A stretch of 64,000 bases of DNA from Nitrosopumilaceae archaeon (GCA_965207375.1 OZ242274.1:352001-416000), one strand, 5' to 3'; numbered from the stretch's first letter, positions 37,963 to 49,391 are shown. Notes: generated from the sequence alone by a model not told the origin. Made by a program: numbers and translations.

Positions 37963-38019
37963 ACTGTATCTATATATGTATATTTATATAATACTTACTG
38001 TATAATTATACAATAGTTT

Positions 38020-38343
38020 ATGCCGTTAGAAAATTATGAGATCTCAATTTTGTTAAAAATGTATGATGAGAAAATTATAGGAAAAAGTGGCTACAAGGCA
38101 ATTCAACAGGTACGTAGCAAAATAAATTGGAATGGAATTACTGTAGCATATAATGTTAAAAAAAGTTTTGAGGCAGTTGCTCGTAAATTAGTAAAGAGAA
38201 TGTTACTTTCAGATGACGGAAAAAGTATGAAAGTGTTGTATCTAGATAAGCTGGGTACATCATTTGTTATAGGATATACAAAACAAAATCCAAATGCAAT
38301 GTCAGAACTTGAAGATAAAATTAAGAATTTACAAAAAAAGTAA
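38020..38343 (+). CDS. Hypothetical protein, possible winged helix
   Basis: 107-aa ORF divergent from 37441-37962. Confidence 0.6.
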   Translation: MPLENYEISILLKMYDEKIIGKSGYKAIQQVRSKINWNGITVAYNVKKSFEAVARKLVKRMLLSDDGKSMKVLYLDKLGTSFVIGYTKQNPNAMSELEDKIKNLQKK

Positions 38344-38386
38344 AAGGTCAGGTGCTCTAAAAATTACTTCACTAGATCTATATACC

Positions 38387-39900
38387 AGACCTTATGCACA
38401 ATCGACATTTTAGAAATTTTTTGACAACATATGAGTAGAAATAATGCAAAGTATACAGTAATTCCCGTAATTGATGTCAAGTTTGTAATGAAATAAGAAT
38501 AAACAATATGACTTTACAGACATACGTGTGCACTCGTACAGTGCTGTAATGCACCCTGTGTTGTGTTATTAGTAATCAAGTGACGGCCGCTTTTTCTTGT
38601 GATCCCATAGTAAAGCAAAGTTTGCAAGACCCGTACACACCATAAACTCTTCTTCAAATTCTTCAATTGTTCCGTTATACGTCCCTGTCATTCTAGCCCA
38701 TTGTTTTATGCGTCCTATGGCGTGTTCTACCTTTATCCTCTTACTGCTGATTTTTTTATTTCTCTTTTTTTGTTGTGGGGTAAGCTCACCTTTTGGAGGT
38801 TTTTTTGTAGGCATCTCCAAGTTAATTCCTGGATAACGTTTTTCCAATCCCTGGTATCCCTTGTCTGCAAGAACCTGGAGTCTGTCTTTTTTGAGAGTGT
38901 TTTCTTTAAACATTCCACGTGACCATCTGCCTAGATCTATGGGATCGTCTGTTATCATCTTCAAATCATGTGTTCCACCCTCAAATGTTTTTCCTGCTTG
39001 TATTATCAAACCATCCTTGTTGGTAATCACGGTAGTATTGTTTGTAAATCGCTTCTTTTTGCCAGAGTATGTGTTTTTTCTTGCATCGCTGTCCTGTGGA
39101 CGTTGCCTTGCTACCTCTGTACCATCAGGTATTATGGTATTATCTGGGATCAGTTTTTTGAGTTCTTTTTTGGTTGTTGTCTTTTTTATCATTTCTTGGA
39201 TTTTGTCTGCAGTTGGAAGTATTTGGTTTAGGATTACATTTGCAAATCTCAAATATCGGGATATGGTGGCCTGATCTATTCCAAACAGTACGCTTAGGGC
39301 ATCCTGTGTCAGATTTGTCCGCTTGTGAAATAGTGCTAGCAACATTGCAGACCTGCGATCCAAAAGACATCGATTTCCAGGATCGGGAATTTCATCTTCT
39401 GCAAACAGTGGTGCGTTTTTATCCTTTTTTGATTTTATGACAAATTTATTGTAATTGTAATTGAATTTAGCCAAGTCATATGATGTCAATTTGTTAAGCT
39501 GTTCTGTATCGTGTGTGATTTCATGGATTATCTCTCTCCTGTGTAGTAACGATGCGTCAGTATCATGCCTGTCTGTACTCGTTACCTGCCATAGAGTGTC
39601 TTCTGTAACTATATGGTTTTGCATCGAGTCTACCGTCTTTTTATATTTGCTGATGGTTTTGTTATTTTGTTTCATGGTTTTTTTGTTTTGTTTAATGGTT
39701 TTGTTTTTTTGTTTGAGTTCTTTTTGCAGCCTACGTATTGTTTGCTGAGATGATTCCATTGTCCGAAACGCAGATCAGGCCGGATCTAAATCTTTGGGAA
39801 AAGTTTTACCAACTAAATTGTATAAATTACCATACATCTGCTTTAATTGTGCCTAGATACTGTCAAAAAATTTCCAAAGTGTTGATTGTGCATAAGGTCT
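38387..39900 (-). mobile_element. IS5-family (DDE_Tnp_4/Harbinger-like) element, complete
   Basis: 40-bp TIRs AGACCTTATGCACAATC...TTTTTTGACA (3 mismatches) at 38387-38426 and 39861-39900; 3-bp target duplication ACC. Confidence 0.93.
38569..39759 (-). CDS. IS5-family transposase
   Basis: LFGIDQATISR HTH; DGTEV, YSGKKK, GGTHD, ADKGYQG and RIKVEHAIGRIK motifs. Confidence 0.95.
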   Translation of the reverse strand: MESSQQTIRRLQKELKQKNKTIKQNKKTMKQNNKTISKYKKTVDSMQNHIVTEDTLWQVTSTDRHDTDASLLHRREIIHEITHDTEQLNKLTSYDLAKFNYNYNKFVIKSKKDKNAPLFAEDEIPDPGNRCLLDRRSAMLLALFHKRTNLTQDALSVLFGIDQATISRYLRFANVILNQILPTADKIQEMIKKTTTKKELKKLIPDNTIIPDGTEVARQRPQDSDARKNTYSGKKKRFTNNTTVITNKDGLIIQAGKTFEGGTHDLKMITDDPIDLGRWSRGMFKENTLKKDRLQVLADKGYQGLEKRYPGINLEMPTKKPPKGELTPQQKKRNKKISSKRIKVEHAIGRIKQWARMTGTYNGTIEEFEEEFMVCTGLANFALLWDHKKKRPSLDY

Positions 39901-40208
39901 ACCTTTAGAAATGAGATTCGTCTACAAATTGAGAATTCTTTTTGATCTTCATAATTTCTTATCAACTTTGTAAATGCAATATCACTCTTCTATAAAGATT
40001 CATGAAAATTATTTTTATTCAAAATGATTGTGGATCATGAAGTTTATTTTTGAACATTTTGTTATGTATTAAATCTAGATCTCATGTACGATTTAAAATA
40101 AAATTTTTGCACTCAAGTATTTTTAAAAATTCGATTGTGCTTCAAGGTACGCGTTGAAATAGCTGACATAAATGCACAAGGCCTGCAAGTCAATATGATA
40201 TTATCATT

Positions 40209-40460
40209 TTAGTTTAGTATTAACAAACTATTCAAGATAATGTCTGGATGTTTGCATTTGATATAGTGACGGAATTTTGCATCTTGTGCATCAAATTTAT
40301 CGGGGAATGCAATTATATCCTTCCAGTCATCTGATCTGTCAATTAGTTTGTCTTCGGGTATTTTATCTGCTTGAATCTTTGCATCTACGTATTCTATTAC
40401 ACTAAATGTAAGAATCGTTGCAACAATTAATGAAGTAATCAATGTTGTTTTTACTTTCAT
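40209..40460 (-). pseudogene. Short signal-peptide ORF, possibly the remnant of a secreted protein
   Basis: MKVKTTLITSLIVATILTFSV signal followed by an early stop, in AT-rich DNA next to the IS. Confidence 0.35.
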
Positions 40461-40653
40461 GTCCTTGCATACCCTACAACTCTTTGTTATATTAAAATTG
40501 ATATTGATTTGCGGTATGCCTTGTTTTATTATAAAGATATAGTAATCACAACAGATAATCACTCATTTGGTATTTTTTCTAGAAAAAGTTTGAGAGATTT
40601 GGCATCTGTAGAATCTATCTTGAAAATTTTTCATACGGGTGCCAACATTTGTT

Positions 40654-42048
40654 TTATTCTACAAAATGGGTTCTGACTAGATTGTCATAATATCTGATTG
40701 ATTTCATGTTTACAAATTCAAGCATTCCGTATCTTGACAATTCACGGCCAAAGCCGCTCTTTTTTACTCCTCCAAATGGAATCCTAGGATCTGATACCAG
40801 TACATTGTTTACAGAAACCATTCCAGCCTCTAGTTTTCTTGTGAATTTTTCTGCCTTGATCAAATCGCTGGTCCACACACTAGCACCTAGGCCAAATTCT
40901 GAATCATTTGCTAATTTGATCGAATCCATATCATCATCTACTACTATAATTGATGCAACAGGGCCAAATGTCTCCTCCGAATATATCCTCATCTCCTTGG
41001 TGATGTTTTTTAGAATTGTTGGTTTGTAAAAATAGCCCTTGTTGCCAACGTGTTGGGCTCCGGTTAAAACTTGAGCACCCTTGCCCTTTGCATCCTCTAC
41101 TTGCTCAGAAATGGTATCCAATCCGGACTTGTTAACTAGAGGTCCAATGTCAGTATCATCAGACATTGGATTTCCTACTCTGAGTTTTTCTGTATTTTTA
41201 ACAAAATTTTCAATAAAACTGTCTGCAATGTCTTTTGCTACAAAAAATCTTTTTGATGCTACACAACTTTGGCCGCAGTTGATAAAGCGGCCCTTTACTG
41301 CACCTTCTGCAGCCTTTATAGGATCTGCATCTGCGCAAACAATGAAAGGATCACTTCCGCCTAGTTCCAAGACACATTTTTTTAATCCGGCTGCTGCCCT
41401 TTGTCCTACCTTGATTCCAACGTTGGTGCTGCCAGTAAATGTAATTGCAGAGACATCAGATTCAAGCAGGTGTTCTGCAACAGAAGAATCACCTACCGCA
41501 GTTTGAAAAACACACTCTGGCAGTCCGGCCTTGGCAAGAAACGATTCAATCTCAATTCCGCATTGCATCGTAGCACTAGCAGGCTTTAGTACTATAGTAT
41601 TTCCTGCCATCAAAGAGGGTGCTGCAAATCGTAATGCTTGCCAGAATGGAAAATTCCAAGGCATGATGCTTCCAATTACGCCTAGAGGCTCAAATGCAAT
41701 TACGCTCTTTCTTGCATCTGTATTTAATGCCTCATCATGAAGAAATGATTTTCCATTGTCTGCATAATATTCAATTGCCCATGCACATTTTTCAATCTCC
41801 CCCTTGGATTCCTTGAGAGGTTTTCCCATCTCAGATGTGGCAATTCTTGCAAGGGAATCGGCATTCTTCCTCAGTTCCTGGGATACAAGATGCAATGCCG
41901 CAGTTCTCTTGTCAAAATCCTTTTGCCACAAGGAAAATGCCTGTTTTGATTTGGAGATTAGGCGGTCAACCTGTGATTTTCCCATAACATCATAATCTGC
42001 AAGTATTTGCTCCGTTGCAGGATTTACAGTGATTACCTTTGATGCCAT
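40654..42048 (-). CDS. NAD(P)-dependent aldehyde dehydrogenase (succinate-semialdehyde dehydrogenase-like)
   Basis: MPWNFP, FTGST, LELGGSDP, GQSC, EETFGP and PFGGVKKSG motifs. Confidence 0.93.
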   Translation of the reverse strand: MASKVITVNPATEQILADYDVMGKSQVDRLISKSKQAFSLWQKDFDKRTAALHLVSQELRKNADSLARIATSEMGKPLKESKGEIEKCAWAIEYYADNGKSFLHDEALNTDARKSVIAFEPLGVIGSIMPWNFPFWQALRFAAPSLMAGNTIVLKPASATMQCGIEIESFLAKAGLPECVFQTAVGDSSVAEHLLESDVSAITFTGSTNVGIKVGQRAAAGLKKCVLELGGSDPFIVCADADPIKAAEGAVKGRFINCGQSCVASKRFFVAKDIADSFIENFVKNTEKLRVGNPMSDDTDIGPLVNKSGLDTISEQVEDAKGKGAQVLTGAQHVGNKGYFYKPTILKNITKEMRIYSEETFGPVASIIVVDDDMDSIKLANDSEFGLGASVWTSDLIKAEKFTRKLEAGMVSVNNVLVSDPRIPFGGVKKSGFGRELSRYGMLEFVNMKSIRYYDNLVRTHFVE

Positions 42049-42074
42049 ACAGGCTTGTGAAATTGTAATTTGTC

Positions 42075-42947
42075 TTATGAATCTATAGAATCATCAAGCA
42101 GACTTGCCCCAAAGACACCTGCAGAATCACCTAGCTTATTTTGTAAAATTGGAGTATCTACAGCATCACTAAAAACTCGTTTGTAGACCTCTTGTTTGCC
42201 TTGATCATACAAAAATTCCACGTTTGAAACTCCGCCGCCCAACACAATTGCATCAGGATCCAAAATGTCAATTACGTTTGCAAGTCCGGCTCCAAAATTA
42301 GCTAAAAATTCTTTTTTCCAAAGATGGTATGTCACAGTGGATGACATTACAATATCCTCAAGGCGCTGCTCTAGTCCGGTGAGTTCATTCCATCTTTTTT
42401 CTAATGCAGGTCCGCTGATATATGTCTCAACACAGCCTTGCCGTCCGCAATAACATGTATTTCCATTTTGATACAGCATGTGATGGCCCCATTCACCTGC
42501 AATGTTGGTGCGTCCACGGTAAACTTTGCCGTCAATTACTATGCCTCCGCCCACACCGGTACCTAAAATCACTCCGAAAACAACGCCATAGCCTTTGGCT
42601 GCACCCATTGTAGCCTCTGCCATTGCAAAACAGTTTGCATCGTTTTCCATCAAGACCTTTTGTCCTAATCTTTTTTCCAAATCCTGTCGCAACGGCCTTC
42701 CAATCAGGCATTGTGTGTTGCTGTTTTTTATCAGACCGGTTTGTGGGGAGATTGCACCAGGTGTACAGATGCCAATGGTACACTCTTCAGATTTTACTTT
42801 AGAAACTAAATCTGCTATAGATTGGACAATTGCGTTGTAATTTTGGCTCGGAGTGGGAACTCGCCTTCTAGAAATGACAGACATGTCATCGTCTAAAACA
42901 ATGACTTCAATCTTGGTTCCGCCAAGGTCAACGCCAATTTTATTCAC
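42075..42947 (-). CDS. ROK-family sugar kinase
   Basis: DLGGTK, ENDAN, LGTGVGGG, GEWGH and CYCGRQGC motifs. Confidence 0.92.
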   Translation of the reverse strand: MNKIGVDLGGTKIEVIVLDDDMSVISRRRVPTPSQNYNAIVQSIADLVSKVKSEECTIGICTPGAISPQTGLIKNSNTQCLIGRPLRQDLEKRLGQKVLMENDANCFAMAEATMGAAKGYGVVFGVILGTGVGGGIVIDGKVYRGRTNIAGEWGHHMLYQNGNTCYCGRQGCVETYISGPALEKRWNELTGLEQRLEDIVMSSTVTYHLWKKEFLANFGAGLANVIDILDPDAIVLGGGVSNVEFLYDQGKQEVYKRVFSDAVDTPILQNKLGDSAGVFGASLLDDSIDS

Positions 42948-42988
42948 AATGAATGTAAAAAGAAGATATGATTAAGTTTTGATTATAC

Positions 42989-44626
42989 CTACATTCCAGG
43001 CATGCCAGGCGGGCCTGCCGAGGGTCCGCCGCCGGGGGCGCCAGATACGGCAATTACGTCATCTATTCTCAGAATCATTGTAGCAGTTTCGGTGGCAGAT
43101 TTGATAATTTGCTCCTTTACCATAACTGGCTCTACAATATTTTGTACCAACATATCTGCAATCTTTGTGTTTTTTGCATCAATTCCGGTCCATTTTCTGC
43201 CTTGACTTTGTTTTGCCCTAAGATTTGCCATGGTATCAATTGGATCCATTCCGGCGTTTTCTGCAATGGTTAATGGAATTGTTTCTAGTGCCTCTGCATA
43301 TTTTTTGATCGCAAGCTGCTCTCTGCCGTTAAAAGTGTCAGCCCATTCTTTGAGTTGAGTTGCAACATATGCTTCTGGAGCTCCACCGCCTGCAACGATT
43401 GCAGGGTTTTCGATTACATCTTTTACTACCATTAATGCATCATGAATTGAACGATCAACTTCATCAACTACTCGTTGTGAGCCTCCTCGAATTAGAACCG
43501 TGACTGATTGTGGGTTTTTGCATCCTTCGATAAATACCCACTTGTCAGATTCTATCTTCTTTTGACAAACTAAATTAGCAAAACCCAAGTCATTTGAGGT
43601 CAGGTCATCAATGTTGGTAGAGACCCTACCGCCGGTTGCTTTTGCCAATTTTGTCATATCACTTTCTTTTACACGTCTTACTGCCAAGATTCCGTTCTTT
43701 GATAGATAGTGCTGTGCGATATCATCAATTCCTTTTTGGCATATTACAACGGTTGCGCCAACATCATGGAGTTTGTCTACCATGGTTTTGAGCATTCTGT
43801 TTTCCTCTTCTAAAAACATCTGCATTTGAGTTGGGTCAGTAATTCTAATTTCTGAGCTCATCTCAGTTTTTTCAATCTCCAATGCAGTGTTTAGTAGCGC
43901 AATGCTTGCCTTTTCAATTTTGGTAGGCATTCCACTGTGAACCACTTCTTTATCAAGAACAATACCCTCAATGAGTTGTGTGTCTTGAATGGAGGCACCT
44001 GATTTTTTTTCTACTTTGAGATTATCTAGATCAACTGCGTATTTGTCGTCTTTTTTGGTTGATATGCTTAAAACTGCATCTACAACTAGTGGGGTCAGTT
44101 TGTCGCTATCTTCAGAAATTAATTTTGATTGCATACTAGTAGTTGAGATTTTGTGCAATGATTCCTTATCATCTGGTTGTATTTTTTTGGATATTTCTGC
44201 AAGAATTTCAAGTGTTTTTTCTGATGCTGCCTGATATCCTTCAATAATCACAGAAGAGTGGACCTCTTTTTTGAGTAATTCACTTGCTTTTGCCAATAAT
44301 GCACCTGCAAATACTACCGATGAAGTGGTGCCGTCTCCTACTTCATTGTCTATGGTTTTTGAGATCTCTACCATCATTTTTGCTGCAGGATGTTGAACAT
44401 CAATTTCTTTTAAAATGGTGGCGCCGTCATTTGTAATTGTTACATCACCTAAAGAGTCAACTAACATCTTGTCTAATCCCCTCGGACCAAGACTTGTTCT
44501 GACTAGTTCTGCCACTAGTTTTGCTGCGGCAATGTTGTTTTCCTGTGCATCCTTTCCTTTTTGCTGGAGTGCACTCTCCTTTAGAACCAAAACAGGTCCG
44601 TTTGGTGTTTGTTGAATTGAAGCCAT
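42989..44626 (-). CDS. ths: Thermosome (group II chaperonin) subunit
   Basis: [18 protein letters not shown] and GDGTT motifs; GM-rich tail. Confidence 0.97.
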   Translation of the reverse strand: MASIQQTPNGPVLVLKESALQQKGKDAQENNIAAAKLVAELVRTSLGPRGLDKMLVDSLGDVTITNDGATILKEIDVQHPAAKMMVEISKTIDNEVGDGTTSSVVFAGALLAKASELLKKEVHSSVIIEGYQAASEKTLEILAEISKKIQPDDKESLHKISTTSMQSKLISEDSDKLTPLVVDAVLSISTKKDDKYAVDLDNLKVEKKSGASIQDTQLIEGIVLDKEVVHSGMPTKIEKASIALLNTALEIEKTEMSSEIRITDPTQMQMFLEEENRMLKTMVDKLHDVGATVVICQKGIDDIAQHYLSKNGILAVRRVKESDMTKLAKATGGRVSTNIDDLTSNDLGFANLVCQKKIESDKWVFIEGCKNPQSVTVLIRGGSQRVVDEVDRSIHDALMVVKDVIENPAIVAGGGAPEAYVATQLKEWADTFNGREQLAIKKYAEALETIPLTIAENAGMDPIDTMANLRAKQSQGRKWTGIDAKNTKIADMLVQNIVEPVMVKEQIIKSATETATMILRIDDVIAVSGAPGGGPSAGPPGMPGM

Positions 44627-44849
44627 GTTTCAGCTCAACTGTGCTAATTACCCCTTTTTAACATTACGTAATTTGTGGCACATGGCCTTTGTCGTGCGTA
44701 TCGTACAGTATCATCTGTGTCTGTGCCAGAACCTCCTAGGTGTGATCTGAGGTAATAATTTTGTGTAGGTCATACCTAGAATCAGATGAGCAATCACGGC
44801 AAACCTGTCTTGACAGATATTGCGATCATTTGTCCTAAAGATGTATACA

Positions 44850-46613
44850 TTATATAATCGGTGAAACAAACGATCTTTTCTTGACATCGACAATTCCATT
44901 GCATGTTATACGTATCAAAGGCAATGCAAGAAATGGTAAAAACAGTGGCATCAGATGTGGTTTTTTGAACTTAGAGCCTGCATCAGTAATTGTGTCGCAG
45001 ATTTTTGCAAAGTTTTTGGAAACTGAATCAAAAGAATCAGTCGAAATGATTCCACCAAATTGCAGTGGCAGACTAGCAATTGTTTTGCCCCTACGTACAA
45101 CAGTCATTCCACCCTGCGAATTTATCAGATTGTTTGCAGCAGCTGCCATGTCTTTTTCATCTGAACCAATTACAATTAGATCATTTTCATGAAAACTCCA
45201 TGTTGATGCAAATGCACCAATATCTGCACCAAAGTTTGCAAGAAATCCTACAACGCTTTTGTTTGTTTGTGATGTCCTGTCAAATGCTGCCACCTTGTAG
45301 ATGTCTTTGTCATATGAGCATTCGACGTTTCCATTCTTTGTACAAAGATCTACAGTACCTAGTTTTGTAATAATTTCAGTAAGCATAGTTATTGTATTTG
45401 CAGTTACAGTTTGTTTTTTTGATTTTACTGTAAAGTCCTCTGCTGAGAATTTTTTGAGGTTTACTGTGTTGCGAAGCTTTTTGGAAATTGCATACTGTTT
45501 GATTTTTGCAATAATTTTGCCATCAGATACGACAAGTTTACCTCCGACAAAGACCTTGCTTGGTTTGAACTGTTTCATATTGTCAAAGACCAAAATGTCT
45601 GCAAGTTTTCCCGGTGCAATTCCTCCAAGATCCTTTCCCATGTTGTAATAGTCAAAGCAGTTGCGCGATGCCATGGTAACTGCATCAATTGGATCAACTC
45701 CTAGTTTGATAGACTCTCTTATGCAGTGATCAATGTGGCCGAAATGTTTGATGTCGTGTGGATCAAGACCATCTGAGCAAAACATGAGCCTGTCAGTATA
45801 GGTTCCATGAGACAGTACTCTTGGAATGATTTCTCGAAGGTCCCGTCGTATGGAACCATCTCTTATCATAATCCACATTCCTAGACGCAGTCTGTCTAGA
45901 ACCTGATCAAAGTCAATGGGTTCGTGACATGACAGAATTCCTGATGCAACATATGCGTTGAGTTTTTTCTCAGATGCTCCTGCAGTATGTCCGTTGATGA
46001 TACAGTCAGCCTCAAGCATTGCAGACAGGTCCCTCATTGTTTTAGGATCCCTCATTGTAACTTTGGTCCAGGAAAATACCTCACCTAATCCAAGCACGCC
46101 AGGGTCTTTTACTACAGCCTTTATCTGGGATGTAGTAAGGGATTTTCCATGACTGAACTTTGGATCAACTGGCAAGCCGCCGGGCACTAGATTAAAAATT
46201 CTAATGGGCAAATTGCTACAAGCCTTGAGAAATTCTCTGAATCCGTCATTGCCTGCAATACTTACAATGTCAATCGGATCTGAAAATAACGAGGTAACGC
46301 CGCAGAGCAGTGATTTTTTTGCAAGCTCCGATGGCAAAACAAATTGGTCAATGTGAGTGTGAGGATCTGCAAAACCCGGAGTGACGTACTTTCCTGCCAA
46401 ATCCATCACTATAGTTTTTGAGCCCATAGTGTGGGATGCATCAGGGCCGACATAGCAGATTCTATCTTTTATGATTGCAATCTGAGAGTTGGGTAGCTGC
46501 TCCCGCGTGTAAACTGATAACACACAACAGTTAATCAAAACAAGATCGGCTTTAGAGTCTCCCATAGCGGTAGAATTTAGTGCACGAATTGATGAGGACA
46601 GCTTTGATGTCAC
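44850..46613 (-). CDS. ade: Adenine deaminase
   Basis: PGFADPHTHID, GLGEV, NGH, CHE, FCSDG and IAPGKLAD motifs. Confidence 0.88.
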   Translation of the reverse strand: MTSKLSSSIRALNSTAMGDSKADLVLINCCVLSVYTREQLPNSQIAIIKDRICYVGPDASHTMGSKTIVMDLAGKYVTPGFADPHTHIDQFVLPSELAKKSLLCGVTSLFSDPIDIVSIAGNDGFREFLKACSNLPIRIFNLVPGGLPVDPKFSHGKSLTTSQIKAVVKDPGVLGLGEVFSWTKVTMRDPKTMRDLSAMLEADCIINGHTAGASEKKLNAYVASGILSCHEPIDFDQVLDRLRLGMWIMIRDGSIRRDLREIIPRVLSHGTYTDRLMFCSDGLDPHDIKHFGHIDHCIRESIKLGVDPIDAVTMASRNCFDYYNMGKDLGGIAPGKLADILVFDNMKQFKPSKVFVGGKLVVSDGKIIAKIKQYAISKKLRNTVNLKKFSAEDFTVKSKKQTVTANTITMLTEIITKLGTVDLCTKNGNVECSYDKDIYKVAAFDRTSQTNKSVVGFLANFGADIGAFASTWSFHENDLIVIGSDEKDMAAAANNLINSQGGMTVVRRGKTIASLPLQFGGIISTDSFDSVSKNFAKICDTITDAGSKFKKPHLMPLFLPFLALPLIRITCNGIVDVKKRSFVSPII

Positions 46614-46674
46614 AAAACATTGGGAGAGTTTGAGCCTATTATACTTAAATTACGGCAAACAGGGTCTAATCGAT

Positions 46675-46956
46675 ATGAACATACCCAAGGTAATTCGCAA
46701 GTATTGTCCAAAATGTAAGACCCATACTGACCAAAAGGTCTCAATTTACAAGGCAGGAAAGAGGCGCGGTTCGGCAAGAGGTGAACGCAGACACGCCGAA
46801 AGAAAACACGGGTATGGAGGTCAAAAGTTCCCAAAGCTTGCAAAACCTGCCAAGGTTACAAAGAAGGTTACTCCGATGCTGACATGCTCGGTGTGCAAGA
46901 AAAAATATAATAAACTTGGTATTAGAATTAAAAAGTTCGAGTTGGTGGCCGCATGA
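46675..46956 (+). CDS. rpl44e: 50S ribosomal protein L44e
   Basis: YCPKCKTHT, GYGGQKFP, AKVTKK and CSVC motifs. Confidence 0.96.
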   Translation: MNIPKVIRKYCPKCKTHTDQKVSIYKAGKRRGSARGERRHAERKHGYGGQKFPKLAKPAKVTKKVTPMLTCSVCKKKYNKLGIRIKKFELVAA

Positions 46957-47150
46957 AAAGAACACACGTTTCAATACCAAAGCCAAACAGCAAGTTTAAC
47001 AAGGTTAACTGCAACGAATGTGGCGAACAGCAAGTTGTTTATTCACATGTAACAACTTCAATCACATGCAACTCTTGTGGAAACATAATTGCAGAGGCGA
47101 CAGGGTCCTTGGCAAAACTTAACGGTAAAATCTCAGGCAGTGCCGAGTAA
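46953..47150 (+). CDS. rps27e: 30S ribosomal protein S27e
   Basis: PNSKF.KV.CNECG...CNSCG. Confidence 0.95.
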   Translation: MKRTHVSIPKPNSKFNKVNCNECGEQQVVYSHVTTSITCNSCGNIIAEATGSLAKLNGKISGSAE

Positions 47151-47717
47151 TTTGTAATCCTGTGCAGTATTTAGATTAAAGGCGATTTTTTTGTCATCTA
47201 AGATGATATAGTTTTGCCGTACTGCATCATCGTTTGTAATATTTTTTGCATTAATTAAAGAAATTCCTGTGTATATGCAGTCATGTCCCTGATGGGACAC
47301 CAAAAAATCTGATTTGAATCCCAATGATTCAAAAAATTCCCTAGTTACAACAAAGCTGGTCCAAGTTTTGGAGAGATCATATTTGGCAACCATCTGGCAA
47401 ATTATCGACCCATCCAAATATGGCAAATCCCCTGACACTACCAAAACATGATCGTGTATTTGTTGTAAAATTTGATTCAGATCTTTTGAATATCCCTGGC
47501 CCTTTGTTTGCAAAATTTCAATATTGTTTTCTTTGAGATAGTGATGTGTCTTGGGAGAATTAGGAGATGTAATTGCATGTATCTTTTCAAAACATGCAGA
47601 ATTGTACAATGCGTCAATTACGTGCATTATGACAGGCTTTTTGTAATTTAGCAAAAGTTTTTCGCCTACAGATCTCATTCTAGAGCCCCTGCCTCCGGCC
47701 ATAACTAGTCCAATCAT
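47133..47717 (-). CDS. cobY: Adenosylcobinamide-phosphate guanylyltransferase
   Basis: MAGGRGSRM..EK, SGDLP and NLNT motifs; cob operon context. Confidence 0.85.
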   Translation of the reverse strand: MIGLVMAGGRGSRMRSVGEKLLLNYKKPVIMHVIDALYNSACFEKIHAITSPNSPKTHHYLKENNIEILQTKGQGYSKDLNQILQQIHDHVLVVSGDLPYLDGSIICQMVAKYDLSKTWTSFVVTREFFESLGFKSDFLVSHQGHDCIYTGISLINAKNITNDDAVRQNYIILDDKKIAFNLNTAQDYKLLGTA

Positions 47718-48439
47718 ATCGTGACAAACACCATCAAGGAAGCAAGTCGCGTAAGCTCGTTTGTGGCACCCAAAACATCGCCGGTAATTCCACCAAAACT
47801 GCGCGTAGATAATGCAAGCAAAAACAGAGTCAACGACATAGTTACGCCTAGCATTACTAGACCCGTAGTTTCTCCAATTATAGCCACAGGAATTATCATT
47901 ATTACAAAGGCTGCAGCCAGTCTTTGTCGATCTTTCATAATTTGTACAAATGGTGAGTTTGAGCCAATAGCAGCCGAGTGACCAAGACCTGCCATTAAAA
48001 CCATAGAGAATTTTGCCAAAATTTCACTAATCAAAATTGCACGAAACAGATCAAATCCACTAGTCAGAGATATGACAATTATCAATCCCACAATGTACAG
48101 TACAATTCCAACAATTCCTGCCGAGCCAGTTGATACATCCTTCATAACCTCGAGTTTTTTGGATTTGCTTGCTCTTACCATCAGACCGTCTGCAAAGTCG
48201 GCCAATCCGTCTGCATGATGGATTCCTGTAACTATGGCAAGTGAGGCTACCACTAGCAGACTGACCAATAACGGATCCATAAATTCAGATAATCCTAATC
48301 CAATAGAACCAACTAGTAGTCCAATTACAATTCCAACTACCGGAAATAGATACATGTACTTTGCAGTGTTGTCCAGTGTAGCACCAGATGATGGAAATAT
48401 TGTAAGAAATGAGAAAACAGAGCCTGCCTCTCTAAGCAT
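47714..48439 (-). CDS. cobS: Adenosylcobinamide-GDP ribazoletransferase
   Basis: FLTIFP, GIHHADGLADFADG, MKD and GGITGDVLGA motifs. Confidence 0.93.
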   Translation of the reverse strand: MLREAGSVFSFLTIFPSSGATLDNTAKYMYLFPVVGIVIGLLVGSIGLGLSEFMDPLLVSLLVVASLAIVTGIHHADGLADFADGLMVRASKSKKLEVMKDVSTGSAGIVGIVLYIVGLIIVISLTSGFDLFRAILISEILAKFSMVLMAGLGHSAAIGSNSPFVQIMKDRQRLAAAFVIMIIPVAIIGETTGLVMLGVTMSLTLFLLALSTRSFGGITGDVLGATNELTRLASLMVFVTI

Positions 48440-49391
48440 TAAAGATCCACCCCAGCGTCACGATAATTGGTACTACAATTATAATAAAAAACAGCAACGA
48501 GGTTAGATACATCATTGAAATTGCAGACTGTATGTGTTGTTTGGTCAATTGTATATCGCCGTTTCCCAGTTTGTAGTGATCGATTTTCTCAAACCTTGTT
48601 CCAAGTGCGCCTGCAAGAGCTGCCATAGGATATCCTGCATTTGGACTAGCAGTTTTTCTGCCATCGCGAATCATGACATTATAGGACGCTCTCCAGTCCT
48701 GCGCAAGTATGGCAGCCGAGACAATGAACAATAATCCGGTTAATCTTGAAGGGATAAAATTCAGTACAGTGTCACAAATAGCTGCAAACCAGCCGATATT
48801 TTTGAAAATGTCATTTTTGTATGCAATCATAGAGTCTGCAGTGTTTACGATACGATACACAAATGCACCTGGGATGCCAAATACTGCAAAATAAAAGAGT
48901 GGGCCCGTGATTCCGTCTACCGTATTCTCACTTATGCTTTCAAGCACGCCTGAAATTATGTGATTTTTGTCTAGATCTTTGGCATCACGCTTTACAATCA
49001 TTGAAAGATTTGCTCTTGCCGACTCTAAATTGTTATCTTCAAGGCATGCCAATACTGCAAAGGCGTGGCGTTTCATGCCCCGTATGGCAATTGTGCTTTT
49101 GAGCAGCAACGAGCCCAAAACGATATAGATTGCAAATAGCCAGGGTCCTGCAAGCATTGCAATTGCACCATACAGTACAGCAAGGCACAACAAAACTATA
49201 CCCATAGTAATTGATACGACAAGGAATCCGCCGATTCTTTCTACTGTGGCGTTTTGATGTATCATGACAGGAGTTAGTCTTGCAATTATAGTCCCAATCC
49301 ATGCAGTCGGATGATATTTGTTTTTAGGATCGCCAAATGCAAAATCTAATCCCAATGCAAATACTGCAATTATAACAGACTCTACAATCAT
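48432..49391 (-). CDS. cbiB: Adenosylcobinamide-phosphate synthase
   Basis: FGDP..YHP, ESISENTVDG, YRIVNTADSM and SPNAGYP motifs. Confidence 0.93.
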   Translation of the reverse strand: MIVESVIIAVFALGLDFAFGDPKNKYHPTAWIGTIIARLTPVMIHQNATVERIGGFLVVSITMGIVLLCLAVLYGAIAMLAGPWLFAIYIVLGSLLLKSTIAIRGMKRHAFAVLACLEDNNLESARANLSMIVKRDAKDLDKNHIISGVLESISENTVDGITGPLFYFAVFGIPGAFVYRIVNTADSMIAYKNDIFKNIGWFAAICDTVLNFIPSRLTGLLFIVSAAILAQDWRASYNVMIRDGRKTASPNAGYPMAALAGALGTRFEKIDHYKLGNGDIQLTKQHIQSAISMMYLTSLLFFIIIVVPIIVTLGWIFNA

